Below are positions 9,735 through 19,652 of a stretch of 64,000 nucleotides of DNA, piece after piece (within the stretch, counting starts at the first letter, position 1; every line of letters starts with the position of its first letter). The position numbers and the translations under genes are program-made. This DNA is from a virus (lineage: Duplodnaviria > Caudoviricetes): IMG/VR virus record IMGVR_UViG_3300032295_003763, positions 64,001 through 128,000 of that record; one strand, 5' to 3'. Below the pieces are notes generated by a model. The model was not told where the DNA came from, did not search any database, and saw nothing but the letters and a program-made list of their open reading frames with translations.

Positions 9735-11828
9735 TTATCTATTTGCTAATGCCGCTTGCATTTGTTGTATATATCCCTGTGTCTGCTGTCTTTTTTGATA
9801 TTCTTCCTTAGAAATTGTACCCTCTAAGGAACTTTTAACTACTCCCGACAAATATTCTATCTGTTTAGCAATATAGTTAAGTGTTGGAAGATCAGCTTTA
9901 CCATTTATTTCTATTTCTGTACTTGTAGGTTTTGCATTCGTTTGGATAGAAGCTACAATTTTAGCCATCTCTTCATCATATTTACCATCAGCTTCGCCTG
10001 AATATATTCCAAGTTTTTTAAGACCCATTTGCAACATTTTAACATCCTCACCTTCATCACCGATCTGTATATACTTTCTTTCTTGACCTGTGCTATCCTT
10101 TCTGTTTGTAATACCAACAGGTTTATCGAGATTTTTACTATCTGCTGTTAAAGGTATTTTACCTTGATAGAACTCTTTTTCAAACACATGGAAAGCTGAT
10201 GAATAAGCAGATACTAGTCCCATTGTGACTAATCCTAGAGATGGGAGTTCATCATGATTCTCCCATTCCCGTTCTAAGCTATTCACAAAACTCATTGATG
10301 CGGTAGAATTTGCTTTAATATAATATGGAAAAGCTTCGCTATCTATTTGTTGTATACATTTTTGATAATCAGAATCTGACATGATTTTAGAATTATTCAA
10401 ACTAGTACACCATGCTTTAATTTTATCGGTAATATCTTGTGACTCTAATGATTTTTTAAAGCTTTCTCCAATTTCATCGAATGTAAAGAATGGTTCTAAT
10501 TTTTGATTTGCTAAATCCTTTTCAAAAACGGAAACTAATTCTCTCACTGGTTCTTTCGTAGTATCACTATCTGATTTTTCAAACCATTTTGCAATCCAAT
10601 ATATTCCATAAGCCATTCCTCCAAATTTTAATATACCCCAAGCAGCCGCTGGTATTTTAAAAATAAATCCACCTAAAGTAAATACATTAACTATAGCCTT
10701 AATGCTATCAGTTAAACCCTTTCTTAAATTTGTAAAGAATTTCCACAGACCTTTACCACCCCTGCCATCTGTTGTTTTGGTTTTTTTATTTTTTAAATTT
10801 TCACGGAATTTATCCCAAAATCCTTTCGCCTTTTCTCCCTCATTAGAATTAGCTGTAGGCATGCTTGGATCAGCTTTAGGTGTTGCATCTACATTTGGCG
10901 GTGAATCTACATCTGGAGTTTTTGTAGATGGCTTACCTTGTGTGTGAGTTGGATCAACATTACCAAGATTTATATTATCCGCATCTTGTTTAATTTTAGT
11001 TGTCGTATCCTTCAAAGCATCCTGTGCATCTTTAGGTGCTTTGCCTATATTCTCTGCAACATCATCAGCTGCGTTGGCGATTTTTTTTGCAGCATCATCA
11101 ACAGAACTAGATGGGGTATAATGCATACTATAAGTAAACGCTTTACCTGTTGATTGTGCAGCCCTCGCTGCATCATCAGAAGCTTTAGCAGCACCACCAA
11201 GTCCCTCACCACCTTTAAATAATTTACCTATTGCTTTTGTAAATGCTTCAAATCTCGATTCATTTACATATTCATACGATTCAGATGTATTTTGCCCTTT
11301 AGGTTCGATGACCGCTGTATTTAATGATTGAACTAATTGATTTACTGGTTCTTTAGATAGATACCAATTCACTAAAGAATTTCTAATTATAGTTCCTAAA
11401 GTAATTGGATTACTATTAAGAATTTTAGAAGTTTCTTCATCTATACCTTCTGAATTAAATTTTAAATCAGAATTAGCAGATGAATTTAAAATATTAGCAA
11501 TATTAGCAACATAATATTTAGCAGCAACTTCCAACATTAATGAATCTTTCTTAAGAGGTTCTGCAAAATCTAATTGTTCAGCTCTATCCTCATCCATTAT
11601 ACCCATAAGTTGAGCATAAATATTTGCTGGTATATTACCAATAGGAGTATTATAAAGTTTCTTAATATTCTCATCTATTTCTATACCCTCAGACCCAGGA
11701 ATACTTAAAAGAGGTTTTCCATATTCGGTAGCAAATTCAGAAGCAGGCTTAACTATCTTCTCATCGATCCATGATGGTAGACCTTCTTCATTTAACTTGT
11801 TTTCATATTCATTAAATCTCTTAATCAT
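9735..11828 (-). CDS. Large protein with internal hydrophobic helices and C-terminal peptidoglycan-binding domain
   Basis: IQIGDEGEDVKMLQMGLKKLG...ADGKYDEEM; hydrophobic AIVNVFTLGGFIFKIPAAAWGILKFGGMAYGIYWIAKWF. Confidence 0.85.
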   Translation of the reverse strand: MIKRFNEYENKLNEEGLPSWIDEKIVKPASEFATEYGKPLLSIPGSEGIEIDENIKKLYNTPIGNIPANIYAQLMGIMDEDRAEQLDFAEPLKKDSLMLEVAAKYYVANIANILNSSANSDLKFNSEGIDEETSKILNSNPITLGTIIRNSLVNWYLSKEPVNQLVQSLNTAVIEPKGQNTSESYEYVNESRFEAFTKAIGKLFKGGEGLGGAAKASDDAARAAQSTGKAFTYSMHYTPSSSVDDAAKKIANAADDVAENIGKAPKDAQDALKDTTTKIKQDADNINLGNVDPTHTQGKPSTKTPDVDSPPNVDATPKADPSMPTANSNEGEKAKGFWDKFRENLKNKKTKTTDGRGGKGLWKFFTNLRKGLTDSIKAIVNVFTLGGFIFKIPAAAWGILKFGGMAYGIYWIAKWFEKSDSDTTKEPVRELVSVFEKDLANQKLEPFFTFDEIGESFKKSLESQDITDKIKAWCTSLNNSKIMSDSDYQKCIQQIDSEAFPYYIKANSTASMSFVNSLEREWENHDELPSLGLVTMGLVSAYSSAFHVFEKEFYQGKIPLTADSKNLDKPVGITNRKDSTGQERKYIQIGDEGEDVKMLQMGLKKLGIYSGEADGKYDEEMAKIVASIQTNAKPTSTEIEINGKADLPTLNYIAKQIEYLSGVVKSSLEGTISKEEYQKRQQTQGYIQQMQAALANR

Positions 11829-11837
11829 TAGATTTTC

Positions 11838-13055
11838 TTAATTTTGAGTCGCTACATCTTCTTCAGAGAAATCACTAATCAAATCATATATGACTTCCCC
11901 CAATATCCAAAATGCATAAATATTTAAAAGAAACATCACAATAGGTCCTGAACCTGGGATTATAATGTTAGATATAGATGCTATAATTGTATCTATAAGA
12001 ATATACTTTCCAAAATCTGATAAAGCATTTATTAAAATAGCAAATGTAGGCCCTAACATTTCAAATTTAAAAGGTCCATTTATCCCAAAATGTTCAGTTA
12101 AGAATTTTGAAGAATATTCAAGTGCTTCATTTCCATTTGCTTTAATATATTCTGAAAATTCCTTTATCCAACTAAATGGTGGCAAATTGTCTAATTTTTG
12201 TATACACCATTTATAAAAATCATCAATCATCTGTATAGATTCATCTAATCTTCTCATATCTTTAAAATTAGGAATCTTAATACTAATTAGATTTAATTTA
12301 GAATGATTATTTACATCTATTGCATTTTCTTTTATTGCATCTGGTATAAATGTTAATAAGTGTTCTTTAATGTTATTTTGAATTGAATTAACATTATCTG
12401 ATTCATTAACAACTTTATTAATAGACATAGTAACCTTTGAAGCAAAAACATCACCCTCGATAATTTTCCCGATGGATTCGACAAACATATTGCTCAATTG
12501 ACCTGTTTCTTTTGTTAATGATTCCCAAATAAATGCATTTTTATCAAACACATCTTCATTTAAAGATTCTTTAATTGAGTTAATCTGTTGATTTATGGAT
12601 ATAGTCATTTGTCTCTTTAGTGATCTATTCCCCGCAAACCATTTATTAGTTTCTATTTTTACACTGTCCCATGCAGTTTGTATACCTTCCATGATTTTAT
12701 CAACCACAGAGCTTATAGCTGACATTAAATTAGTCCCTAATTCAACTACCCAGTTAATAGCACCCTTCACAGCTTTCTTTGAAGGTTCTATAATATTTTT
12801 TTGAATAAAGTTTATAGCATCAGAATACAAATCTTCTTTCAATAATCCCCATTGATCGATTGATAATTGTCTTTCTGATATAAATTCCAAAACAAGCTTT
12901 TGCTCTCTTTCTAAATAAATATCTTCATTTCCCAATATACTTTCAGCTATCGGGATATATGAATTATTTTTAAAACCAAAATTATGCAATCTTTGGGATT
13001 GAAGATATTGGTCAAAATTTAATATAGTTTCTCTTTTAGGTATTTGCATAGACAT
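11838..13055 (-). CDS. Hypothetical protein with C-terminal hydrophobic helical hairpins
   Basis: MLGPTFAILINAL...IIASISNIIIPGSGPIVMFLLNIYAFWILG; many [LIV]xE[SD] motifs; ATG at 13055 preferred over TTG at 13058. Confidence 0.8.
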   Translation of the reverse strand: MSMQIPKRETILNFDQYLQSQRLHNFGFKNNSYIPIAESILGNEDIYLEREQKLVLEFISERQLSIDQWGLLKEDLYSDAINFIQKNIIEPSKKAVKGAINWVVELGTNLMSAISSVVDKIMEGIQTAWDSVKIETNKWFAGNRSLKRQMTISINQQINSIKESLNEDVFDKNAFIWESLTKETGQLSNMFVESIGKIIEGDVFASKVTMSINKVVNESDNVNSIQNNIKEHLLTFIPDAIKENAIDVNNHSKLNLISIKIPNFKDMRRLDESIQMIDDFYKWCIQKLDNLPPFSWIKEFSEYIKANGNEALEYSSKFLTEHFGINGPFKFEMLGPTFAILINALSDFGKYILIDTIIASISNIIIPGSGPIVMFLLNIYAFWILGEVIYDLISDFSEEDVATQN

Positions 13056-13119
13056 CAATAATTTATAGTTCTATATATCTTTTTTCAAACATGTGCTTTC
13101 AAGTTATTACCAACGATAT

Positions 13120-14097
13120 TTATCCCTGCCAACGAGATCTACTACTACCAACAGTATCTCTTACATCAACATGAACGAAGTTTGGATAAATCCCTAAACC
13201 ACCTTGATGGAACGAATCAACATAATTATAAAGTTCACTAGGTGTAACACCTGATATCGTTATATCTGCTGCGTTACCAAACATATGTTGAGATCTTGTA
13301 GCTACGCCTTTACTTTTACTTCTACTACGCAATCCAGCATTATATGATGGGGTTCTATATCCTGAATTTATGTTAATATCTTTTCCAAAATGTTCTCTTA
13401 TCTTCTCAAGTAATTCTATCAAATAAGGATTTATTAAAATTACATCAGATCCGTCTTTACAAGCAAATTCAGATACTTTGAAATTAGGAGAAAGGTTTTT
13501 ATCACCATCTTTACTGTTGCTATATTGTATAGATTTAGAAATGTATTGTTCAAATTCACTCGAAGGGTAATCAACACCTCTATTTACACCCTCACCCTTT
13601 GTAACCGAAGAAGCTGGTATTTGTATCTTCAAGTCTGGTGTTGGGGTGACAACAGCAGGTATTTTAGGTTCTTTAAGAACACCTTTTGTATCTTCTTCAC
13701 CTTCTTTAGATTCAAATTCCAATAAAAATTTTATGAATGACAATGGAATTTGATTTTCAATCTGTATAGGTAAATTAAAATCTTTAGATATAGTTTTAGC
13801 TGCATCTAAAGTTACTTGATCTAAAAGTCCATCTGCACTATGATTCTTGAGGTATCCTAATCCAATCAAAATAGATTGTAGAACTGAAATGTCTTGACTT
13901 CTATCATTTACATTTAAGACCTTTAAACCATCTATAAGCTCTTGTGAGAAATATTCTCTAGTTATCTCTTTAATTAGGTCACTCTTCTCTTTTTTATCAG
14001 ATTTACTTGTAATTAAACCAATAGCTTCTTGTGCATTTTGAATTTGTACTTCGTTTAAAACAAATTCACCAAAGCTGTATATTTTCTTTCTATTCAT
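13120..14097 (-). CDS. PG-binding module plus M15A (YcbK/DUF882-like) Zn peptidase
   Basis: LSPNFKVSEFACKDG, INSGYR, SQHMFGNAADI, GGLGIY..FVHVDVR. Confidence 0.9.
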   Translation of the reverse strand: MNRKKIYSFGEFVLNEVQIQNAQEAIGLITSKSDKKEKSDLIKEITREYFSQELIDGLKVLNVNDRSQDISVLQSILIGLGYLKNHSADGLLDQVTLDAAKTISKDFNLPIQIENQIPLSFIKFLLEFESKEGEEDTKGVLKEPKIPAVVTPTPDLKIQIPASSVTKGEGVNRGVDYPSSEFEQYISKSIQYSNSKDGDKNLSPNFKVSEFACKDGSDVILINPYLIELLEKIREHFGKDININSGYRTPSYNAGLRSRSKSKGVATRSQHMFGNAADITISGVTPSELYNYVDSFHQGGLGIYPNFVHVDVRDTVGSSRSRWQG

Positions 14098-14102
14098 AAG
14101 TA

Positions 14103-15059
14103 TTAAGCTATCATATTTTGAGAATCTACTCTCGACAATTCAAAGTGCATACCGTCCTTTCTTCTATTAAAATGACCACCCCAAAAGAACCCAAGTTTTA
14201 GTGCCGCTGGGACTAATTCCCTAACACTACCCTTTTCACCAACAGCTGGGGGCATCTTACCTAAAGGATTACTACGTGTGTTAATGTCAAATGCTATACC
14301 GAAAGCATGAGGACTTAAAGTACTTTGAGTTCCCCTAATTACTCTAGGGACAAAGCATCCTGCCCAGTTTTCTATTTTGCTCAAAAGTCCAAGATTTTCC
14401 CATTCTTGCCAAAGTGCAAGTATTGGTTTTGCAGCAAGTCTATGGCAACGAATTTTAGTGAGTTTAGGAGGATTTTGTATTTTAGACAATTGCGGTAAAT
14501 CTATTGTAATAATATTTTCTTTTACAAAATTATTTTGAACAGTAATATAATCACCTGATGCCTTTACCCATACAATTTTTCCGAATAAATTTTCCTTTTC
14601 AACTAAATTTAATGAATGTATATCAGTTGGTTTTGGTGGCCAGTTGTATTTACCATCTTTATACTTAGGATCATCGTATGAATCCTTTTTTTTATCAGTA
14701 GAAAATTCAAGCTCACTTGATTGATATGTTGTAAATAAATCTATAACTTCTTTAGATATAGGTTTATTCACATCTACTGATACATTAGACTTAGAAGCAA
14801 ATTTTTTAATAGCTTCCATAGTCGTTTGATCCAGTTGCCCACTCATTTGTGATGCTGACAAATACCCTAACCCTAATAATAAAACTTGAATTATTTTTAC
14901 ATCCTGTGTAGTTTCATTAAAATTAATATCAGAACTACCCTTTTGTAAGTTTGAAGATATAAATCCCTTACTAACCTGTTGAACAATTTCAGATTTTTCC
15001 TTTGAGCTTTTGGAATTCTTTAAAGAATCTATAATATCCCTAGGTGTCTCTAATTTCAT
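14103..15059 (-). CDS. PG-binding module plus M15 (Peptidase_M15_4, L-Ala-D-Glu type) peptidase
   Basis: GCFVPR, LSPHAFGIAFDIN, WGGHF..DGMHFE. Confidence 0.88.
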   Translation of the reverse strand: MKLETPRDIIDSLKNSKSSKEKSEIVQQVSKGFISSNLQKGSSDINFNETTQDVKIIQVLLLGLGYLSASQMSGQLDQTTMEAIKKFASKSNVSVDVNKPISKEVIDLFTTYQSSELEFSTDKKKDSYDDPKYKDGKYNWPPKPTDIHSLNLVEKENLFGKIVWVKASGDYITVQNNFVKENIITIDLPQLSKIQNPPKLTKIRCHRLAAKPILALWQEWENLGLLSKIENWAGCFVPRVIRGTQSTLSPHAFGIAFDINTRSNPLGKMPPAVGEKGSVRELVPAALKLGFFWGGHFNRRKDGMHFELSRVDSQNMIA

Positions 15060-16849
15060 TTTTTAGATCCTATTATTTTATTATAAACGAAAGGAAATAT
15101 CGTTGGATCTTCATTTATTAAGTAGTCTGAAAATATTTCAGATGCTTTATCTAAATCACTAGAAATATAATAAGAACCTGGTTTATCTTTAAATTCAACA
15201 AACACTGTTTCTAATAATTTTACCTTTTTATCATCAGGAAATTTAGCAAAATTATAAACGATCGTTTTTATTGTGGTAATAACATCATCCTCATTAGTCG
15301 AAGATGTTAATATTTCGGAAATTTGAGGTATATTTTTACCTGATATTTTATTCTTTAACTTGTCTAAAACTGTTTTTGAGAAATTAGCAGTTTGTATAGT
15401 ATTTTGAATCTGTGTAGGCTCAGATTTTTCTTCAGTAGTTTTATTAGTTTCTTCTTGATTTTTAATATCTGATTCAATGTTTGTTATATCATCACTAGAT
15501 ACATCACTCGAATCTTTAAAAAACTTTATCAATTCTTGTATAATCGTTTCATCAGTCCATATAAGATTAGATAATTTAGTCGCTAATGTTTCTAAACTCA
15601 AATCTGATTTTATTACTTTTTGATCATCTTTACTTTGAAACATCGTATCCGAAATATTGGATGATTTCAAATAGTCAATCTTATTTACAAGTATGTCTTT
15701 TATGAAGTTATTAAGTACCTTTTTCCCACTTTCTTCATCCATGGATTCAAAGATATTTAAAACCATTTTTTGCTTTATATTAGAAGAATCTTTTTTGGCT
15801 CTTTTTATAACTCCATTTAAAAATGCTTCTGTTGTAAAGTTACCTATATTTTCCACAAGATCACTACTTAAAGTCTCTTCGGTTTTCTTGATTTCTTCTG
15901 GTGTTTCTTTTGGAATATCCTTTACTTCTGGAGTTATTGGCTCAGTTGCTGATACCTTTTGATCTTCTTCCTTTTTAACTTCTTCTTCAGCCTCAACTGA
16001 AGCATTAGCAATATCTTCGATTTGATCTTCACTCTTACTCTTCAATTCTGCGTTCCAAGAATCCCATTGTGCTTTTCTGTCAACTGAAGGTTTTCCAAAA
16101 ATAGCAACAGGACCTTCGATTGATTCTAATTTAAAATTGATTATTTCAGCATTTTCAAATTTATTATTCTTGAATAATTTAAGTAGTGACTCATAAGGAA
16201 TTTGAACAGCATTCGCTAAAGTAGTCAAGAATATAAAACCAGGTGTACTATTTTGTTGGTCATAATCATATCCTGGATACTTCACTAGAAAATGTGTAAC
16301 CTGAAAAATAGCATTGTCATAATTTATCTCTTCAGAATCTACATCTCCGCCTTTAATCCAAGACATAAAATCTGAAAAAAATGATTCAGAAACATAACTA
16401 TCATATACTCTCCTATTACCATATCTATCATAATAGTATTTAGATGAAGATCTTCTTCTTTTAGGATACTTTTCATATCCAACTAAATAATCATGTAAAC
16501 TATCGATATTAGGACTATATGACTTTGTGAATTTTGGATCCTTAGATTTAGTTGTAGGCATTAATACTACAAGATCACCTTTCCATGTATTCGAATTAAC
16601 GCGAAACGTCTTCATTGTTTCATAGTTGATAGAATTAATAAAATTCTTTAGATACTTTTCAGTAACTACAATAGACTCTGCCATTTTTTTAAGAGGGCAT
16701 AAACCAGGTAGCATGTGTTTAGAATCGAATCCAAATTGAGGATTCATATCAAGAAAGTTTTGAATTCTAGATACTACGTTATCTATTTCTTTTTTCTTTC
16801 TGTTTTTTAAAAAATCAAAAAATGATTCGCTAACATTCGAATATCTCAT
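15056..16849 (-). CDS. Hypothetical protein with internally duplicated domains
   Basis: Two copies of VSESFF, each followed by an alignable ~95 aa domain; ATGA overlap with the downstream gene. Confidence 0.8.
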   Translation of the reverse strand: MRYSNVSESFFDFLKNRKKKEIDNVVSRIQNFLDMNPQFGFDSKHMLPGLCPLKKMAESIVVTEKYLKNFINSINYETMKTFRVNSNTWKGDLVVLMPTTKSKDPKFTKSYSPNIDSLHDYLVGYEKYPKRRRSSSKYYYDRYGNRRVYDSYVSESFFSDFMSWIKGGDVDSEEINYDNAIFQVTHFLVKYPGYDYDQQNSTPGFIFLTTLANAVQIPYESLLKLFKNNKFENAEIINFKLESIEGPVAIFGKPSVDRKAQWDSWNAELKSKSEDQIEDIANASVEAEEEVKKEEDQKVSATEPITPEVKDIPKETPEEIKKTEETLSSDLVENIGNFTTEAFLNGVIKRAKKDSSNIKQKMVLNIFESMDEESGKKVLNNFIKDILVNKIDYLKSSNISDTMFQSKDDQKVIKSDLSLETLATKLSNLIWTDETIIQELIKFFKDSSDVSSDDITNIESDIKNQEETNKTTEEKSEPTQIQNTIQTANFSKTVLDKLKNKISGKNIPQISEILTSSTNEDDVITTIKTIVYNFAKFPDDKKVKLLETVFVEFKDKPGSYYISSDLDKASEIFSDYLINEDPTIFPFVYNKIIGSKK

Positions 16850-16858
16850 AGTTTTAAA

Positions 16859-17323
16859 TTATATTTCTTCGTGGCTCAATACTGCAAATTTTGATTCACC
16901 AACTTCTTCAATTGGCATATTCTCTTCAGAACTAATGAATCTGATAGTTGCATCTTGTAATAAATATTTCCCAGCAGGAAATGAATTGTTGAGATTGTTT
17001 TTTGTTGTATATTTAATCAAAAGCTCAATCTCTTTAGCATTAGATTTACCAGCCAAATTAGCAATCACAAGATTAATTTGAGCATATTCAATCGAAGGTC
17101 CGAATATACCTAAACCTGCTCCAGTAACTGGATTTGAAATGAAAGTCTGACTATCACCATAATCTCTATGTAAAGAAAGAATCTCAATCTTTACTTTATA
17201 TGGTTTTAATACAACACTATTAATGTGTTTTTTGATAGATTCTAAATCTTCCTTTAAAGGTTCACCCGCTACTGATTTAGCCTCATTGACCTTTTGTTCC
17301 TTGTATTCCTTAAAAATTCTCAT
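16859..17323 (-). CDS. Hypothetical protein with CTS-like leader
   Basis: MRIFKEYKEQKVNEA; GATATATA at 17351-17358. Confidence 0.8.
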   Translation of the reverse strand: MRIFKEYKEQKVNEAKSVAGEPLKEDLESIKKHINSVVLKPYKVKIEILSLHRDYGDSQTFISNPVTGAGLGIFGPSIEYAQINLVIANLAGKSNAKEIELLIKYTTKNNLNNSFPAGKYLLQDATIRFISSEENMPIEEVGESKFAVLSHEEI

Positions 17324-17363
17324 AGAAGTTTTACAATTTTTTTATAGTTCTATATATCAAACT

Positions 17364-17388
17364 AAAACCCTATAAAATATAGGGTTTT
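17364..17388. terminator. Rho-independent terminator after portal
   Basis: AAAACCCTATA/TATAGGGTTTT perfect inverted repeat. Confidence 0.75.
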
Positions 17389-17393
17389 GAATT

Positions 17394-19022
17394 TTATACT
17401 GCAGGTTCTTCTGTTGCCGCACCCGTATCTACAGGTTCATCTCCTGGTTGATCTCCTGCCTTCTTTTCCTTTTCCTTAATCATCGATCTGTTTTCTTGCA
17501 ATTCTTCACGAGTTAAGTTCAAGAATGCTTCCATTGCAAAATCCAAATCGAAATAAGAATCGTCTTTTGTTCTAGGAATATTGAGCAATTCATTGATTGC
17601 AGATATACGCTTTTGCATAACTTCAACCTTTCTTTGAACTTCAAAACTATTATCACGATTAAACTTTATACCTATACTTGATCTAAACAGGTGATCCCCT
17701 TCAAATTCAGGATATTTCATAATTAATTGTAAAACCAAAGGCTTTAACATAACTTCTTGGAATCCAGAACGAAGTCTATTGATAAAGTTACCAAATCTTA
17801 CCTCATCTCTTTGAATACCATCTGCACCCAAACTCATTGATGCTCCACCATCTGCAAATCGACTTAATGGTATTTTAGATGCTCTTCTAAGTTTTAATTC
17901 AAAATATTTTAAGAAATCAGGGTTTGATAAATCAACACCTTGACCACCAATAACCTCAACATTTGGAGAGTTTCCATCTTTCGAAGGGAACATAAAGTGC
18001 TTGAAGAATGGGATAGAAGGTCTACCATTGATTGATAAAGTACCATCCGCATCGTTGAAAAATATTTCTTCTTTATAATTATTTAGAATTTCAGATAGCT
18101 CTTGCTTTGCCTTTTGTGGAGAATTACTACCGATAGGGATGGTCATCTTCAAACGAAACTGAGCATACATGATATGCCACATAACCTTTGAGTTCTCAAT
18201 CAATCTCAAAAGATTTAAAGGACGTACAAGACGCTCAACGTAACTTACACGATCCATTTGTAAGTTTTGAGCATAAGCTATATAAATAACTGAAGAATCA
18301 TAAATAATCCTTGAGGATTCATTTCCAATCTTTTGAATCCAAACTATGTATTCTTCCCCATCTTCACCAACAATAGTTGATAATTCTAAAGTAGCTGGAT
18401 CTAATTTATTCAAAGCGATAACATCTTCGCCATCTTCATCCGTTACAATTTCGAATGCTAAGAATCCATCTATCAAATATTGTCTAAATAAATTCCAAGC
18501 TTTAGTATTATTGTTAAATCCGAATTTCACATAAAGCTTACGGAATTCTTCATGTATAACATCAAGAATTTCTTCTTTTTTATCTTCACTAAGAAATGAT
18601 TCTAAGCCCTTTGTATCTGGATAGCAGAACCAGTTTTTATCATCATATACAATTGCTTCATCAGCAATCGTATCCAATATCTCTACAACTTCATCATTTA
18701 GTGAAAATGAACGCAAGAAATCTCTCTTACCTACATAATTTGAATCATAAATCGCAAGTGCCTTTAAACCTCCGATATCTTGCATAGCCATAGCAGCAAG
18801 TAATCTCTGATCCCATTGAGAAGAACCATAACCACCATAAACTGAATGTCCAAGTGCACCTGAGCCACCTGCGTTGGTTTCAGTTTCACCAGCACCTTGC
18901 CTTCTTTGAATGATCAAATCATCATAATACATACCGAAAGAAGATAACTTTCTTACATTGTCAGCTGGACCTGATGTAAAGTTATATGTTCTCATTCCAT
19001 CTTTAGAAACAAAACCTGCCAT
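17394..19022 (-). CDS. gp20: Portal vertex protein (T4 gp20-like)
   Basis: ILDTIADEAIV, FRQYLIDG, SYVERLVRPLNLLRLIE, LKYFELKLRRASKIPLSRF, IQRDEVRFGNFINRLR. Confidence 0.93.
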   Translation of the reverse strand: MAGFVSKDGMRTYNFTSGPADNVRKLSSFGMYYDDLIIQRRQGAGETETNAGGSGALGHSVYGGYGSSQWDQRLLAAMAMQDIGGLKALAIYDSNYVGKRDFLRSFSLNDEVVEILDTIADEAIVYDDKNWFCYPDTKGLESFLSEDKKEEILDVIHEEFRKLYVKFGFNNNTKAWNLFRQYLIDGFLAFEIVTDEDGEDVIALNKLDPATLELSTIVGEDGEEYIVWIQKIGNESSRIIYDSSVIYIAYAQNLQMDRVSYVERLVRPLNLLRLIENSKVMWHIMYAQFRLKMTIPIGSNSPQKAKQELSEILNNYKEEIFFNDADGTLSINGRPSIPFFKHFMFPSKDGNSPNVEVIGGQGVDLSNPDFLKYFELKLRRASKIPLSRFADGGASMSLGADGIQRDEVRFGNFINRLRSGFQEVMLKPLVLQLIMKYPEFEGDHLFRSSIGIKFNRDNSFEVQRKVEVMQKRISAINELLNIPRTKDDSYFDLDFAMEAFLNLTREELQENRSMIKEKEKKAGDQPGDEPVDTGAATEEPAV

Positions 19023-19040
19023 AATATTCTCTTATTATTA

Positions 19041-19652
19041 TCAATTTGATTGAATTTCGGAAACACTTTTTCCAACTATACCGAATGGTATTAAGAGGGG
19101 TATCCATTTCCAATCTTCATAATCTATCGGTATAACGGATCCACTTCTTAGTTTTGACCAAATGAAAGCATCTGATTTTTTACTTACATTTAATCCCATA
19201 CTACTTATATATCCTTTTAAAAAATCGGTCATTCCTTCTACAGAAAATTGTGATAAATCACCCTTTTCTATCCTTTTAGTATTCTCTTCGATATATCTTC
19301 CAAAAAAACTTATAGCACCATCAATAAATATAGCTCTTTGAGTCGAATTAAAATAATTCATATTAATTCCAAATAGCATATTATCAACATTTTTATACTG
19401 AACAGTTTCAGTATGGAATACTATTGGGAATACATCAAAGTAACCTCTTTTAGGTAAATTTTTATTGTCATTTATTGCCATATAAATCTTACCAGAAGGT
19501 ATCATACTCGGTATCATGTAAATCTTATCCTTTATAGGATGTTTCTGCATTAAATACTTCTGCCTGAACCATTCTTGAAGTTCTTCTCCTAGTACTTTAC
19601 TAGCTTCAGATAAACCGCCCTTTAATGTTTCTACTGCTTCTGCTTTAATCAT
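19041..19652 (-). CDS. DNA end protector protein (T4 gp2-like)
   Basis: YFDVFPIVF...GINMNY motif; adjacent to gp4; probable start at ATG 19652 (ATGA overlap). Confidence 0.6.
   Translation of the reverse strand: MIKAEAVETLKGGLSEASKVLGEELQEWFRQKYLMQKHPIKDKIYMIPSMIPSGKIYMAINDNKNLPKRGYFDVFPIVFHTETVQYKNVDNMLFGINMNYFNSTQRAIFIDGAISFFGRYIEENTKRIEKGDLSQFSVEGMTDFLKGYISSMGLNVSKKSDAFIWSKLRSGSVIPIDYEDWKWIPLLIPFGIVGKSVSEIQSN

Noticed and set aside
13120-15059. Conventional lysis cassette
   Set aside because: No adjacent holin or spanin recognised, and the genes sit in the leader-tagged array; an endolysin role for 14103 is not excluded
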